From positions 1 through 64,000 of the forward strand of contig JAHQWL010000093.1 in NCBI GenBank assembly GCA_029856155.1: a stretch of DNA of 64,000 nucleotides. The letters run 5' to 3'. A program made the translations under genes and the position numbers. Source of the DNA: Promethearchaeia archaeon. GTDB taxonomy: Archaea > Asgardarchaeota > Lokiarchaeia > Sigyniarchaeales > SOKP01. Each line of letters opens with the position of its first letter. Within the stretch, counting starts at the first letter, position 1. Shown in pieces: positions 19,112 to 29,442 of this stretch. The notes under the pieces were generated by a model. It was not told where the DNA came from and searched no databases. It saw nothing but the letters and a program-made list of their open reading frames with translations.

Positions 19112-20095
19112 CTAAATAAAAAAAGTTGAAAACAAATACCATGAGAGTATCATTGTTCCTATCCCTAAAAAAATTGAAATGGGTAAACCAGGTAAAATTT
19201 TATTTCTTTTTAATCCTGAAATAGTTATCCCCGTACCAATTATTATAGCAAAAGCAGTAAAAATCATCACTAATAAGTTATTAGATTGAACAAGAGCGCT
19301 AGAAGTAAGCATGCTATAAAATGCTAGATCTCCTATTCCAATCTCTAATTTTGAAGTGTCATACTCATACTCTCCAGTTTCTATCCTTTGTTTTAATTCA
19401 GGTTCTGACAAAACATTCCCTTCCTCTGGATTTGAAGCAATATCAATCATTTGCTTGATTGGTCCATGCTTATAAAGCACAGCGAAAATATCCCAACACG
19501 AAATCCCAATTAGGATGGCTAAAGTAGTCCATAAAGGCATTAAAACCCCCATTGACGCTCCAATTAATAGCCCTATATATAGAACAATAAAGTTTTTAAT
19601 TTTTATTGATCTTGAAGTGAAATATAAATAGAGCATTATTATTGTGAAAACTGCTGCTAAAAAAATCAATTCATAGTAAAATAAATAAAATAATATTGGT
19701 GTTCTAGAAAATAATAAATATATTATTATATAACCAAAAAAATAAGTTTGAAAAAATCCAATTAATCCAAAACTAAATCCAAAGATATACATTAAAACTC
19801 CAATACCTTTTCTTTTAATTATGAAAATAATTATAAATGCTGAGAAGACTGCTAATGCTGTATAAATTAAACCATTTAAAAGCCCTCCTAATGCGCCCAT
19901 TTCACTTTCTGAAAAATATCCCCCGTCTATCTGAATTCCCGCTTCAACATAAGCTAAATAGGCTAAAATCCCCGCTATAGCCACAACGAGAATAATTGGT
20001 ATAGGATATAATTTTCTTTTTATACTATAAGTCGGAAAAAAGTGAGGGATAAAATCTTTTTTAATAATTTCTTTATCTTCTGGTAATTCTGTCAT
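19112..20095 (-). CDS. Presenilin-like intramembrane aspartyl protease (A22, GxGD)
   Basis: About 9 TM; ISCWDIFAVL (first Asp), EIGIGDLAFYS (GxGD), LPGLPISI (PAL-equivalent). Confidence 0.9.
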   Translation of the reverse strand: MTELPEDKEIIKKDFIPHFFPTYSIKRKLYPIPIILVVAIAGILAYLAYVEAGIQIDGGYFSESEMGALGGLLNGLIYTALAVFSAFIIIFIIKRKGIGVLMYIFGFSFGLIGFFQTYFFGYIIIYLLFSRTPILFYLFYYELIFLAAVFTIIMLYLYFTSRSIKIKNFIVLYIGLLIGASMGVLMPLWTTLAILIGISCWDIFAVLYKHGPIKQMIDIASNPEEGNVLSEPELKQRIETGEYEYDTSKLEIGIGDLAFYSMLTSSALVQSNNLLVMIFTAFAIIIGTGITISGLKRNKILPGLPISIFLGIGTMILSWYLFSTFFI

Positions 20096-20249
20096 ATTCT
20101 CGAATAATTATTTAAATAAAATATAATTTTTAATTTGTTATATTAATCATAACTTAAATACCTATTAATTACAATTTTAATCCTAATCTTCTGACATCTT
20201 TACCGTTGAAAGAAACTTCTTATAGAACGAAACTTTTATTACTCTGATA

Positions 20250-20990
20250 ATGCCAAAACTTCAGAGATATGAACAAAAAATCCGAAAATACAAAGAAAAA
20301 TTAAAAACTTTAATTACACGAATAGGAATTTCTTACCCTAAAGAATTTGAATTAATAGATGAAGTATCAGAAAATCTAATATTACCATGTCACTTAGGAA
20401 TTCTTTTTTTCGGAGATTTTGACATCATTTCCTTTGAAAAAATTAAAAATCATTTAAATCAAATTTTTGATTCTTTTTTTTTTGGTATTAGAAATTTGGG
20501 GGCATATAATTTTTCTAGTGAGATTTTTTCCAAAGGTGTGAAAAAAGAATACAAAGAAATGAAAAAGTCTTCTAATAAAATTAGAATACATCCAACAAAT
20601 AAATTCTATCAAATTTTAATTGATGAACGAATTAAAAAAAATCTTGGAATGATAATTGCAATTACTAATCTTCCTATATATTCAAGCAAAAATGACAATA
20701 TTTTATTTTTATATGGAGAAGCTCATTTAAAACATCGTTGTGCTGTAATCTCCTCATTTGAATTAAAAGATTATAATACACCAGAAAATCATTCAGTTTT
20801 TGAAAAACGAGTTTTTAAAGAAATTTGCCATGAAATTGGTCATTTAATCTTAGGTCCTGATCATTGTCACGATAATTTATGCGTTATGCGATTCTCGAAT
20901 AACATAAATGAAATTGATAAAAAGTCAAGTGGATTTTGCGATAAATGTGAAATGAAATTAAATGAAATTAGAAAAAACTCCAACTTTTGA
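20250..20990 (+). CDS. Archaemetzincin (peptidase M54)
   Basis: FLYGEA, KEICHEIGHLILGPDHC, CVMRFSN (Met-turn), FCDKC. Confidence 0.85.
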   Translation: MPKLQRYEQKIRKYKEKLKTLITRIGISYPKEFELIDEVSENLILPCHLGILFFGDFDIISFEKIKNHLNQIFDSFFFGIRNLGAYNFSSEIFSKGVKKEYKEMKKSSNKIRIHPTNKFYQILIDERIKKNLGMIIAITNLPIYSSKNDNILFLYGEAHLKHRCAVISSFELKDYNTPENHSVFEKRVFKEICHEIGHLILGPDHCHDNLCVMRFSNNINEIDKKSSGFCDKCEMKLNEIRKNSNF

Positions 20991-21001
20991 TTTAGAAATT
21001 C

Positions 21002-22252
21002 TTAAAAAGAGATAATAGGTAATTTGTGGATAAATTCCTTAACTAATTCCACTCGTTCCTTTCTCTCTTGCTTATAATATCTGAGAGGATAAAGTTCATT
21101 AATTACAAATTTGTATATTTCTATCCAAGTTTTAGCAACTTTACTAATTTGATAGTTTTTAGCGACAATTTTCGCATTTTTGCCCATCTCTGCTCGTAAA
21201 GCATCATCTTTGAATAAACTCACAACCTTATCTTTGAAATCATTTAGATTATTAGCGAGATACCCTGTTTTACCATGTTGAATAACATTTGAAATTCCTG
21301 TTGCGTTAGCTCCTACACAAGGAGTGCCCTGTGCCATTGCTTCAATTAATACTAAACCTTCTGCTTCGATCCATGACCAAAGACAAGATAAATCAGCAGT
21401 GTTATATAATTTTAATAGATCTGTAAAGGGTACATGGCCTAGGTAAGAAACATTATCTCTATAATGTTTCTTATTAATTAATTTCTTAACGGGGGAGCTT
21501 GATGGTCCATCACTTCCTACTAGTACTAAGTGTGAATCTGGTACCTCTTTTTGGATTTTTTTGAACGTTTTGATTATACTTAATTGGTTTTTTTCAGGAG
21601 ATAGCCTTGACGCATATAAAAGAATCTTTTTACTATCCAAATTGTACTTATCTCGTATTCCGTTTTCTTTTACGTCTGTAAAATATAAATCAGAAATTCC
21701 ATTGGTCAAACAAACAATAGGTTCCTTAAATCTTTGATCTCTAAGTAAATCTTTTTTCGATTTCGTTGGAACCGAAACAAGATCATATTTATCAAGAATG
21801 TGTCTTTCATATCGCCAAACCCAATCCATTCTCGAAAGCAATTTTCCAAGAACAGGAATATATTGGGCGGTATAAAATGAAAGTGGGGAATTATGTGTCC
21901 CTACCATCGGAATACCCAAATATTTAGCCCAATTAATTGCTAAAGATCCAAAACTCGCATGTGTATGAATATGTGCTATATCTAGATAATCATGAGAACA
22001 GAAAAAGTATTTATGTAGAGGAACGCTGAGTACAAAGCCAGTTTTAGGAGCTATCTTTGCCCCGAAAAAGTTATGGAGATGGAGGTTTGGAGGTTTGGTT
22101 TTAGGTTTTTCAATCCCAGGTGCGAATACATGTACGTTATGTCCAGTATATTTAGCAATTGCTTCAGCAAGATTTCTACAAGCAATTGCAGTTCCATTAA
22201 CTTGTGAATACATAGATGTGAAAAATCCGATATCAAGTTTTTGTTTAACCAT
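21002..22252 (-). CDS. Glycosyltransferase family 4
   Basis: QVNGTA, HIHT, SRLSPEKN, EAEGLVLIEAMAQGTP. Confidence 0.9.
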   Translation of the reverse strand: MVKQKLDIGFFTSMYSQVNGTAIACRNLAEAIAKYTGHNVHVFAPGIEKPKTKPPNLHLHNFFGAKIAPKTGFVLSVPLHKYFFCSHDYLDIAHIHTHASFGSLAINWAKYLGIPMVGTHNSPLSFYTAQYIPVLGKLLSRMDWVWRYERHILDKYDLVSVPTKSKKDLLRDQRFKEPIVCLTNGISDLYFTDVKENGIRDKYNLDSKKILLYASRLSPEKNQLSIIKTFKKIQKEVPDSHLVLVGSDGPSSSPVKKLINKKHYRDNVSYLGHVPFTDLLKLYNTADLSCLWSWIEAEGLVLIEAMAQGTPCVGANATGISNVIQHGKTGYLANNLNDFKDKVVSLFKDDALRAEMGKNAKIVAKNYQISKVAKTWIEIYKFVINELYPLRYYKQERKERVELVKEFIHKLPIISF

Positions 22253-22829
22253 ATTGCATCAAAGAAAAAAGATTTAAGTTTCTAGAGAAGTCCTTAAGAA
22301 CAAAAGACATGATTTTTATTTACTAATTTAATTAAACACGTATTTATATAAAAAGATGTAATATTTAATAAAAAAAATTCGATTTTTTAATAAGAAAAAA
22401 AAGCTTCAAATTGAGGTTAATTGATACATCTTGGGAAATGGTTAATTAGGTGATTAGATAAACAAATTAATTATGTAGATTTTAATTAATAAAGGTTTTT
22501 CTCACACAAAATATATTAGAACGATTTTGACAACAAAAATTTTTTATGTGAATATATTCCTCAAATCATTAATTATGTAAACATCACTAACAAATTCGAT
22601 AAAATCATGATAATCTGATTAAAATTTAGTAAAAATACCTACAATTCCGCTTTAAATTGATTTTTATTCTTATGTAGCATTTTTATTTTGATTTATGCTC
22701 ATTATTTAAACAACCTTTAAATTTTAACTAATACATTTAATGTAAAATCCTTTATGAAATACCTTATTGGATATGAATTTAAAATTAAAAATAATAAATT
22801 TTTTTTGGCTAGCACCATAACTCATAATT

Positions 22830-23009
22830 ATGGACTCAATTGAGGAAAAAATAATTATTAATGAAATTATGAATCAAAGAAGATTATCATATTCTATTGA
22901 AGTTTTAGAAGTCCAAGGAGATAAATATACCGTACGTAATAATTTTGGCTCCACAATTACTTATGTGAAAAAAGGAGAGAATTATTTCACAGAAGAAGAG
23001 TTAGAATAA
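22830..23009 (+). CDS. Small hypothetical protein (59 aa, not in ORF track)
   Basis: MDSIEEKIIINEIMNQRRLSYSIEVLEVQGDKYTVRNNFGSTITYVKKGENYFTEEELE; protein-like composition, purine-rich codons. Confidence 0.65.
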   Translation: MDSIEEKIIINEIMNQRRLSYSIEVLEVQGDKYTVRNNFGSTITYVKKGENYFTEEELE

Positions 23010-23162
23010 AAGTCTAAAAATTACTTACTTCTAAAAGTCTATTATTTTTTAATTAATAAAAAAAGAGGTTATATTAAATTTTAGATAAGAATTTAAAATA
23101 CTAATTTTATAAGTAAATTAATAACATTAATAAAATATTATAAAATAACCAGTTGATAAAAT

Positions 23163-24296
23163 ATTCGCCGAAGAAGGATAGGATCTGATAGTACTGAGAG
23201 TAAATTCATTGAAAAGTTTCGAGCGGTCCTTGATGATCATACATCACTTTCAATCTATAATAAAAAAAAGCGATCATTTTGTATTATTCGAAAAGATTTA
23301 GCAAAATCGTATGAGATTGAAGTTGATGCTTCAGAAGCTCCTATCCTAAATAAAGTGCTAAGCGATCCCGAGCCTTATGAAAGTTCGATGGCAGATTTAA
23401 AAATATTAGAGGAAGAAATATTCCCAATAAATCAAGCTTTTCAGAAAGTATTTGGAATAGATAAAGAACTTAAGTTGAATTCAATTAAATTAGCTATAGG
23501 TAGTAATTATAATGATTATGTGACAATTGGAGAAAATGATTTGATTAAATTCGAGGTTAAACCTACACTGAGCGGATTAATGAGATTCATAAAAGAAAAT
23601 AAAGAAAGCATTTTAGGATTTTTAGATTGTGAGTATATAAGTGAAGAAGGAAATGTTATATATCTAAGTTGTGGGAAAAAAAATTTATCCGATAATATCA
23701 CCTCAATTAAAGTGTTAATCCTTGCATCCATGCAACAAAGAGGATTTTTTCTTCAACAAGAACATAAATATTATGGGCTTCAACTTTATTTAATCATAGA
23801 ATCCAGAAAACCAAATGATGTTAAATTACTTGAGTTATTAAGGGAATTAGATATTGATTGGGAATTAGTCTATTTTAGAAGAAAACTTGCAATCCATGAT
23901 TGGACAGAGATAGAGTGTGAAAGGAATTCAGAAAATCTCAAAAGTTATCTTCGTGCAAAATTTGAAACCTTAAATTATTTTGACGTAAATAATATTATAA
24001 GATTAATAGTAAAAAATCAATTACCTTTTAAAGTTGCTCAAAAAATGGCTTCTTTGTTATATAAAATGAAAAATCAGCGATCTACTCAATTTCAGGATAA
24101 CCGGTATCAAGAGAGTTCGTATCAAGAAGATCAAATTCAACAGGATGAGTATTCAATTACTCTTAAAAAAGCAGAAGTCGCTGCTGCGGCTAAACTCGCT
24201 TGTGCATACTTAGGAATCCAGAAAAAGATCAAGTATGATCGAGATATATCTGATGCGGAGATTCTTAAATATGAAACAGAATTAACAAACATATAA
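23163..24296 (+). CDS. Hypothetical protein, possible C-terminal TFIIB/cyclin-like helical domain
   Basis: Frame is open from 23160, 65 codons upstream of the GTG at 23355; ATT at 23163 follows GTTGA; C-terminal EVAAAAKLACAYLG...ISDAEILKYETEL. Confidence 0.65.
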   Translation: MRRRRIGSDSTESKFIEKFRAVLDDHTSLSIYNKKKRSFCIIRKDLAKSYEIEVDASEAPILNKVLSDPEPYESSMADLKILEEEIFPINQAFQKVFGIDKELKLNSIKLAIGSNYNDYVTIGENDLIKFEVKPTLSGLMRFIKENKESILGFLDCEYISEEGNVIYLSCGKKNLSDNITSIKVLILASMQQRGFFLQQEHKYYGLQLYLIIESRKPNDVKLLELLRELDIDWELVYFRRKLAIHDWTEIECERNSENLKSYLRAKFETLNYFDVNNIIRLIVKNQLPFKVAQKMASLLYKMKNQRSTQFQDNRYQESSYQEDQIQQDEYSITLKKAEVAAAAKLACAYLGIQKKIKYDRDISDAEILKYETELTNI

Positions 24297-24365
24297 TTTC
24301 CCCTTTTTTTTTAACTTAAAAAAAAACCATAAGAATTATAAATAGGTTAAAGTATTCATTGTTCA

Positions 24366-25361
24366 TTAGGTTAATCCATAAGATTGTCTTAATAATTCAT
24401 GATTTACACTTCCAACTGATATACTTTTTCCTGTTTTAATGTTATTTACTGTATAAATTGCTGGAGCAAATAATCCAGGATCAATCTCATAAAAATTATA
24501 ATTTGCAGCTTTAAATGTCTCTAAAAAGGGTTTTCCATAACTAGACGATGTATTAGCTGGTGCTTTTTTAAGAAGTTCAAATATTTCTTCTTCTTTTTCT
24601 TTTTCAACATTTATGGTATAATAAGTTAAACCCGCAGCACTTATGGAATCGTTTGTACGTCCCATTGCTCCAAGATCATCTTTCGCAATGGGAGCAATCG
24701 TTGTAGTACCAAAACCATCACTTATCATATCAATTGGAAATTTTATTTCATGTAATTTATGAATTCCTGTTTCTACTATTCTAGCGGCTACTTGAATGGA
24801 ACCCGTCAAACTTGCAGTTGGAGCGCATATCGCATAAGTATTATTTGGATTAACACCACATTTATTGGCTACAATATCCATAACTTCTTCATTTGGCAAT
24901 TTTGGAGTTTCAAAAACAATAATAGCGCAATTAGAATCATCGTTATAGTCTAATTCTTCGAATATTTTTTCTACTTTACTCTTAGCACGAGCAGGTCCTG
25001 ATCCTAAGGATTGAAATATAACTTTTTTTTTCAATTCTCCATCTTTTTCAACTTCTTTTTTCAATTTAACATTCCAACCCGCTAACTGAGATGCCATACA
25101 CGAGATTATTGGTTCTGAAGTATAAATATTGACACTTGGTATGTAATGTCCATCAAGATTATAAGAAGAAAATTCAACAGTCCCTAACCCACCCATGCAA
25201 ATTTCTCCAACAAGTTTTCCTCCACCCCAAGATGCTTGACTCATATCAAGAATAGTAGAGCCATTATCTAATTTATTTATCTTTGCATTATAGTATTCCT
25301 TATTTTGTATGATTTTTTCAGTGATATTTTTAGCCAATTCATTAATTTTTACGTGATGCAC
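24366..25361 (-). CDS. mch: Methenyl-H4MPT cyclohydrolase
   Basis: ICMGGLG, CMASQLAGW, GSGPARA, APTASLTGSIQVAARIVETG, AMGRTND, FYEIDPGLFAPA. Confidence 0.95.
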   Translation of the reverse strand: MHHVKINELAKNITEKIIQNKEYYNAKINKLDNGSTILDMSQASWGGGKLVGEICMGGLGTVEFSSYNLDGHYIPSVNIYTSEPIISCMASQLAGWNVKLKKEVEKDGELKKKVIFQSLGSGPARAKSKVEKIFEELDYNDDSNCAIIVFETPKLPNEEVMDIVANKCGVNPNNTYAICAPTASLTGSIQVAARIVETGIHKLHEIKFPIDMISDGFGTTTIAPIAKDDLGAMGRTNDSISAAGLTYYTINVEKEKEEEIFELLKKAPANTSSSYGKPFLETFKAANYNFYEIDPGLFAPAIYTVNNIKTGKSISVGSVNHELLRQSYGLT

Positions 25362-25471
25362 TTATTTTCACCTTATTAAATTTACTTTTTTTAATTGAGT
25401 ATTTATTATTAATTTGATATTTTAATTTAATATAATATTAATTTTGCATTTATGATTATCTACTTCTATAT

Positions 25472-26995
25472 ATGATGAATGACGCGAATAACAAAATAGA
25501 AAGGTTTATTGAAGCCATAAAGATTGTAAAGGACAACTTTCTTAAAAGTTTGAAAGAAATGAACTCATGTATTCATATATATACGCATTTAGACGCTGAT
25601 GGACTGAGTTCAGGTGCAATCTTAGGTAAATCTTTATTTAGAGAAAATATTCCCTTTCAAATCACTGTGTTACGTCAATTAGAAAAGGAAGAAATTAAAA
25701 AAATCTCTGATAATATCAAAGAATTTAAAAATTTTTTAATTTTTACTGATTTTGGAAGTGGCCAGTACCTAGAACTTCAAAAACAGCTGATTCTGAAAGA
25801 AAATTTTAATTCTCTTATTATATTAGATCATCATCTACCTCAGAATATATCATCTAAGAAAGATATTGATTTAATTAGGGAAGTTCATAAAAACTCATAT
25901 CAATGGCACCTTAATCCTTATTTTTTTGGATTTGATGGAAGTTTAGAGATATCTGGAGCGGGTTTAAGCTACTTTTTTGCGAAATCTTTAAATAAAAATA
26001 ATATTGACATGGCACCAATTGCCCTTGTAGGAGCAATCGGTGATATTCAAAATCAAGGTCCAAACAAATCATTTTTTGGTATAAATTCAATAATTTTAGA
26101 AGATGCTAAGAATCTCGGACTTATTGAAATAATAAATGATTTAAATTTTTCTTCGATAAAACCCTTAAATGAAGCTATTGCTTATTCTAAAGAGATTAAT
26201 CTGCCCGGATTAACTGGTGATGTCAATAGAACTCTTATATTTTTACAAACTTTAGGGATATTGATGGAAAATTCAAATGGTGATATAAGAACCCTAAATG
26301 AACTCAATAAGGATGAAAAACAAAAGATTTCTACTGCAATAATTGAATATGCTTCAGTAAAACTTGATATTGAACCCAGTAAAATCGTAGAAAAATTAAT
26401 AGTAAATAGATATTTACTGAAAAATGAGGTTGTTGGTTCAGAATTCTATGACATATCCGAATTTTCTAACCTTTTAAATGCTTGTGGACGAACAAATAGT
26501 GCTTCATTAGGAATCGCTTTAGCAATGGGAGATAGGAAAATGGCATACCAGAAATCTCAAGAAATACTGTTAGATTATAAGAAATTGTTAATGACGAGTC
26601 TTAGATGGTTAAAAGAAAATCAAAAAATTCAACAAATGGAATTTATTCAATATTTTTTCGGAGAGGATAATATCCCAGAAAAAATTATTGGAACTATTGC
26701 TTCAATGCTAGTTTTTGAAAATAGTGAAGGATTTGATAAAGCAAAACCCATATTTGGTTTAGCAATAAGAGAAGATGAGAATGTTTATAAAGTTTCGGGA
26801 AGAGCACATAGGTATATTGTAAACAAAGGTGTAAATCTTTCACAAATAATTAGAGAAGCATGTGAAAAATCAAATTTAGATGTCTTAGGTGGTGGTCATC
26901 CTCCGGCGGCGGGAACAAAAATCCCTATAGATAAAGCAGAAACATTTCTTGAAAATTGCAATATCGCAGTACGAAATCAATTACAAAATAAATAA
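25472..26995 (+). CDS. recJ: RecJ/GAN/Cdc45-like DHH nuclease
   Basis: HLDADG, TDFGSG, LDHH, GAIGD, LLNACGR, GGGHPPAAG. Confidence 0.88.
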   Translation: MMNDANNKIERFIEAIKIVKDNFLKSLKEMNSCIHIYTHLDADGLSSGAILGKSLFRENIPFQITVLRQLEKEEIKKISDNIKEFKNFLIFTDFGSGQYLELQKQLILKENFNSLIILDHHLPQNISSKKDIDLIREVHKNSYQWHLNPYFFGFDGSLEISGAGLSYFFAKSLNKNNIDMAPIALVGAIGDIQNQGPNKSFFGINSIILEDAKNLGLIEIINDLNFSSIKPLNEAIAYSKEINLPGLTGDVNRTLIFLQTLGILMENSNGDIRTLNELNKDEKQKISTAIIEYASVKLDIEPSKIVEKLIVNRYLLKNEVVGSEFYDISEFSNLLNACGRTNSASLGIALAMGDRKMAYQKSQEILLDYKKLLMTSLRWLKENQKIQQMEFIQYFFGEDNIPEKIIGTIASMLVFENSEGFDKAKPIFGLAIREDENVYKVSGRAHRYIVNKGVNLSQIIREACEKSNLDVLGGGHPPAAGTKIPIDKAETFLENCNIAVRNQLQNK

Positions 26996-27019
26996 TATTG
27001 TGTAATAAAACGATTTAAT

Positions 27020-28327
27020 TTAGATCTGATAGATCTCTCCCGTTTCAGGAGCTACTGAATTATATTCTTTTTTAACTAATTCACTTGCTAAGCTAGTTGT
27101 TGATTTATTATCTCCATGAACACAAAAAATATCCCTATTTGAATTTCTTAGGAAATTTAATTTTTCTACATAACTTTGAAGGTGTATATTATCAGCATGA
27201 CTTGAAAAATCAAAATAATCATAATCACATTGTGCTACGATGCTCAAATCTGTAAATTTATTGTGATCTCTTCTCGATTCTTTATATTCGAAAATTCCTT
27301 CATCTAATAAATTTCTCCCTGGTGTTCCTTCCACTTGATATCCTACTAAATATATTGCTGATAAAGGATCTGGTAATATTGTTTGAATGTAATCAATCGC
27401 AGCACCTCCCTTAAGCATACCAGAAGGGGAAATAATTACACCACCAAGGTTTTTTATTTTTGTCCTAGTTTTAGGTTTAGTTACAAACTGAGTTTTTTTC
27501 AATGCGTTCCTAAATAATTTTATATCTTTTATATAATCTGGATATTCCAAAAATAAAGTAGATATTTTTCTTGCTAAGCCATCAATAAAGATTTTTCCAG
27601 AGTAATTATATTTCTCTAAAATTAATAAAGCTTCTTGAGATCTTGCTAAACCGAAAGCTGGTACTAAGACACTACCACCATTATCAGTAATTTCAATGAT
27701 TTTTTCTACGAATTTCTTCTCAAGTTTCTCTCTAGGGGGGTGTTCTTTAAGAGCATATGTAGACTCAATGATTAAAGCATCAATCTCAGGAATGTCTTCA
27801 GTGTTAGCAGAATATACCAAATTAGTATTTTGTGTATTGATATCACCTGAATACAAAATTGTTTTATTGTCTACATCAAGTAAAATTGATACACTACCAG
27901 GAATGTGCCCTGCATCTAGAAATGTTATAAAAAAATTATCAGAAATCTTTTTTCGCGTTCCATTTTTAAGGAAATAGGAATTTTGTTTTAAGTAATCTAC
28001 TTCTCTATATCCAAAAGGATAAGGATAATTTGATATTTTTATCATATCTCTTATCAGAATTTCTGCTAATGCTAGAGAAATCGAATTTGTAAAGAATGGG
28101 ATCTTATCATTCTTGTATAATAAAGGTAAAGCACCAGAATGATCAATGTGGCTATGAGTCAATGCGATTGCTTTCAGATTTTTAATATTTGTATCAAAAG
28201 GGAATCTCTCTTCTCCTCTGAATCGAATCCCATAATCTAACATGCATTTTGCACCATTTTGGGATTCTACTAGTATAGCACTTCGTCCAACTTCTCTACA
28301 TCCACCGAGAAAAGAAATAGTAACCAT
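27020..28327 (-). CDS. Beta-CASP metallo-beta-lactamase ribonuclease (aCPSF2-like)
   Basis: LGGCREVGRS, THSHIDHSG, AGHIPGS, SGD, ESTY, FSSHAD, VHGD; no KH domains. Confidence 0.92.
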   Translation of the reverse strand: MVTISFLGGCREVGRSAILVESQNGAKCMLDYGIRFRGEERFPFDTNIKNLKAIALTHSHIDHSGALPLLYKNDKIPFFTNSISLALAEILIRDMIKISNYPYPFGYREVDYLKQNSYFLKNGTRKKISDNFFITFLDAGHIPGSVSILLDVDNKTILYSGDINTQNTNLVYSANTEDIPEIDALIIESTYALKEHPPREKLEKKFVEKIIEITDNGGSVLVPAFGLARSQEALLILEKYNYSGKIFIDGLARKISTLFLEYPDYIKDIKLFRNALKKTQFVTKPKTRTKIKNLGGVIISPSGMLKGGAAIDYIQTILPDPLSAIYLVGYQVEGTPGRNLLDEGIFEYKESRRDHNKFTDLSIVAQCDYDYFDFSSHADNIHLQSYVEKLNFLRNSNRDIFCVHGDNKSTTSLASELVKKEYNSVAPETGEIYQI

Positions 28328-28518
28328 TTTTAAATGTCTCTAAGAATAATTTTTGCTTTAAAACACTTACTATATAGTGAAAACAATTAGAAAGATAATA
28401 ATTTTATCAAATTTAATAAAGAAAGATTAAAAAAAACTCAAAAAGTAATAATTTTTTTTGCATTTTTTTCAATTCTTGTATCCATTTAAAAAGAAAAGAT
28501 AAGTAAGAAATAGAAACG

Positions 28519-29268
28519 TTATTTGATTTTTTTTATAGAATTAGTTAATAAAGCAATAACATTATTAACATTTTTACCAAATATTTCGAGTATCTCTTCC
28601 CATGTAACGGGAGCTTCATCATCTTTCCAGCAGTCATAATCTGTAGACATAGCAACTGCAGCATAAGGGATACCAGCTTCATTTGCCAAAATTGTCTCAG
28701 AAGCGATGCTCATATTAATAACATCTGCGCCCCATATTCTAAACATCTCTGATTCTGCTCTTGTTGAAAATCTTGGACCCTCAATAGTAACAACTGTTCC
28801 CTTTTCATGATATTTAAGATTAAGTTCTCTTGCTGTTTCAATAAGGATATTTCTTAACTCTTCTGAGTAAGGGAAAGCCATTGGAGTGTGTTTCATATCT
28901 CCAGGAGCAAATTCTTCAAAAAAAGATACTTTCCTGAGCCTAGTGAAATCAATAAATTGATCAAGAATAACAAAATCACCTCGTCCAATTTGTTCTCTCA
29001 AACTTCCGCAAGCTGTTGTTGCCAGTATATGAGTGCAGCCTTGATCTTTTAATGCTTGTATGTTAGCCCTATAATTTACTTGCGTTGGCGGAATTGTATG
29101 CTCTCTTCCATGTCTAGCTATAAGAACCACATCAATGTCACTAATTTTCCCCAATTTTAGTGAAGAAGTTGGTTTTCCATAGGGTGTATTAATATCAATA
29201 TTCCTAGCATCCTTTAGAATGTCTGGATTGTCTAATCCAGAACCACCAATTATTCCTATTTTTACCAT
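28519..29268 (-). CDS. mtnP: S-methyl-5'-thioadenosine phosphorylase
   Basis: IGIIGGSG, RHGREH, NYRANI, EGPRFSTRAES, TDYDCW; ATG at 29268 after GTGA. Confidence 0.93.
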   Translation of the reverse strand: MVKIGIIGGSGLDNPDILKDARNIDINTPYGKPTSSLKLGKISDIDVVLIARHGREHTIPPTQVNYRANIQALKDQGCTHILATTACGSLREQIGRGDFVILDQFIDFTRLRKVSFFEEFAPGDMKHTPMAFPYSEELRNILIETARELNLKYHEKGTVVTIEGPRFSTRAESEMFRIWGADVINMSIASETILANEAGIPYAAVAMSTDYDCWKDDEAPVTWEEILEIFGKNVNNVIALLTNSIKKIK

Positions 29269-29442
29269 TATATTCACTATTTAGAGTTTTTAAATTATAA
29301 TATTTAAAATTTTATAAATTATTTTTTATAAAATATTTTATTTTGATGTTAGAGGGTATTTTCTCCAGCAATAAATTCTAAAAAGTTGTAATTATATATG
29401 AATTACTGTAAAATTTATTTCTAAACCTTAATTTACTTTTTC

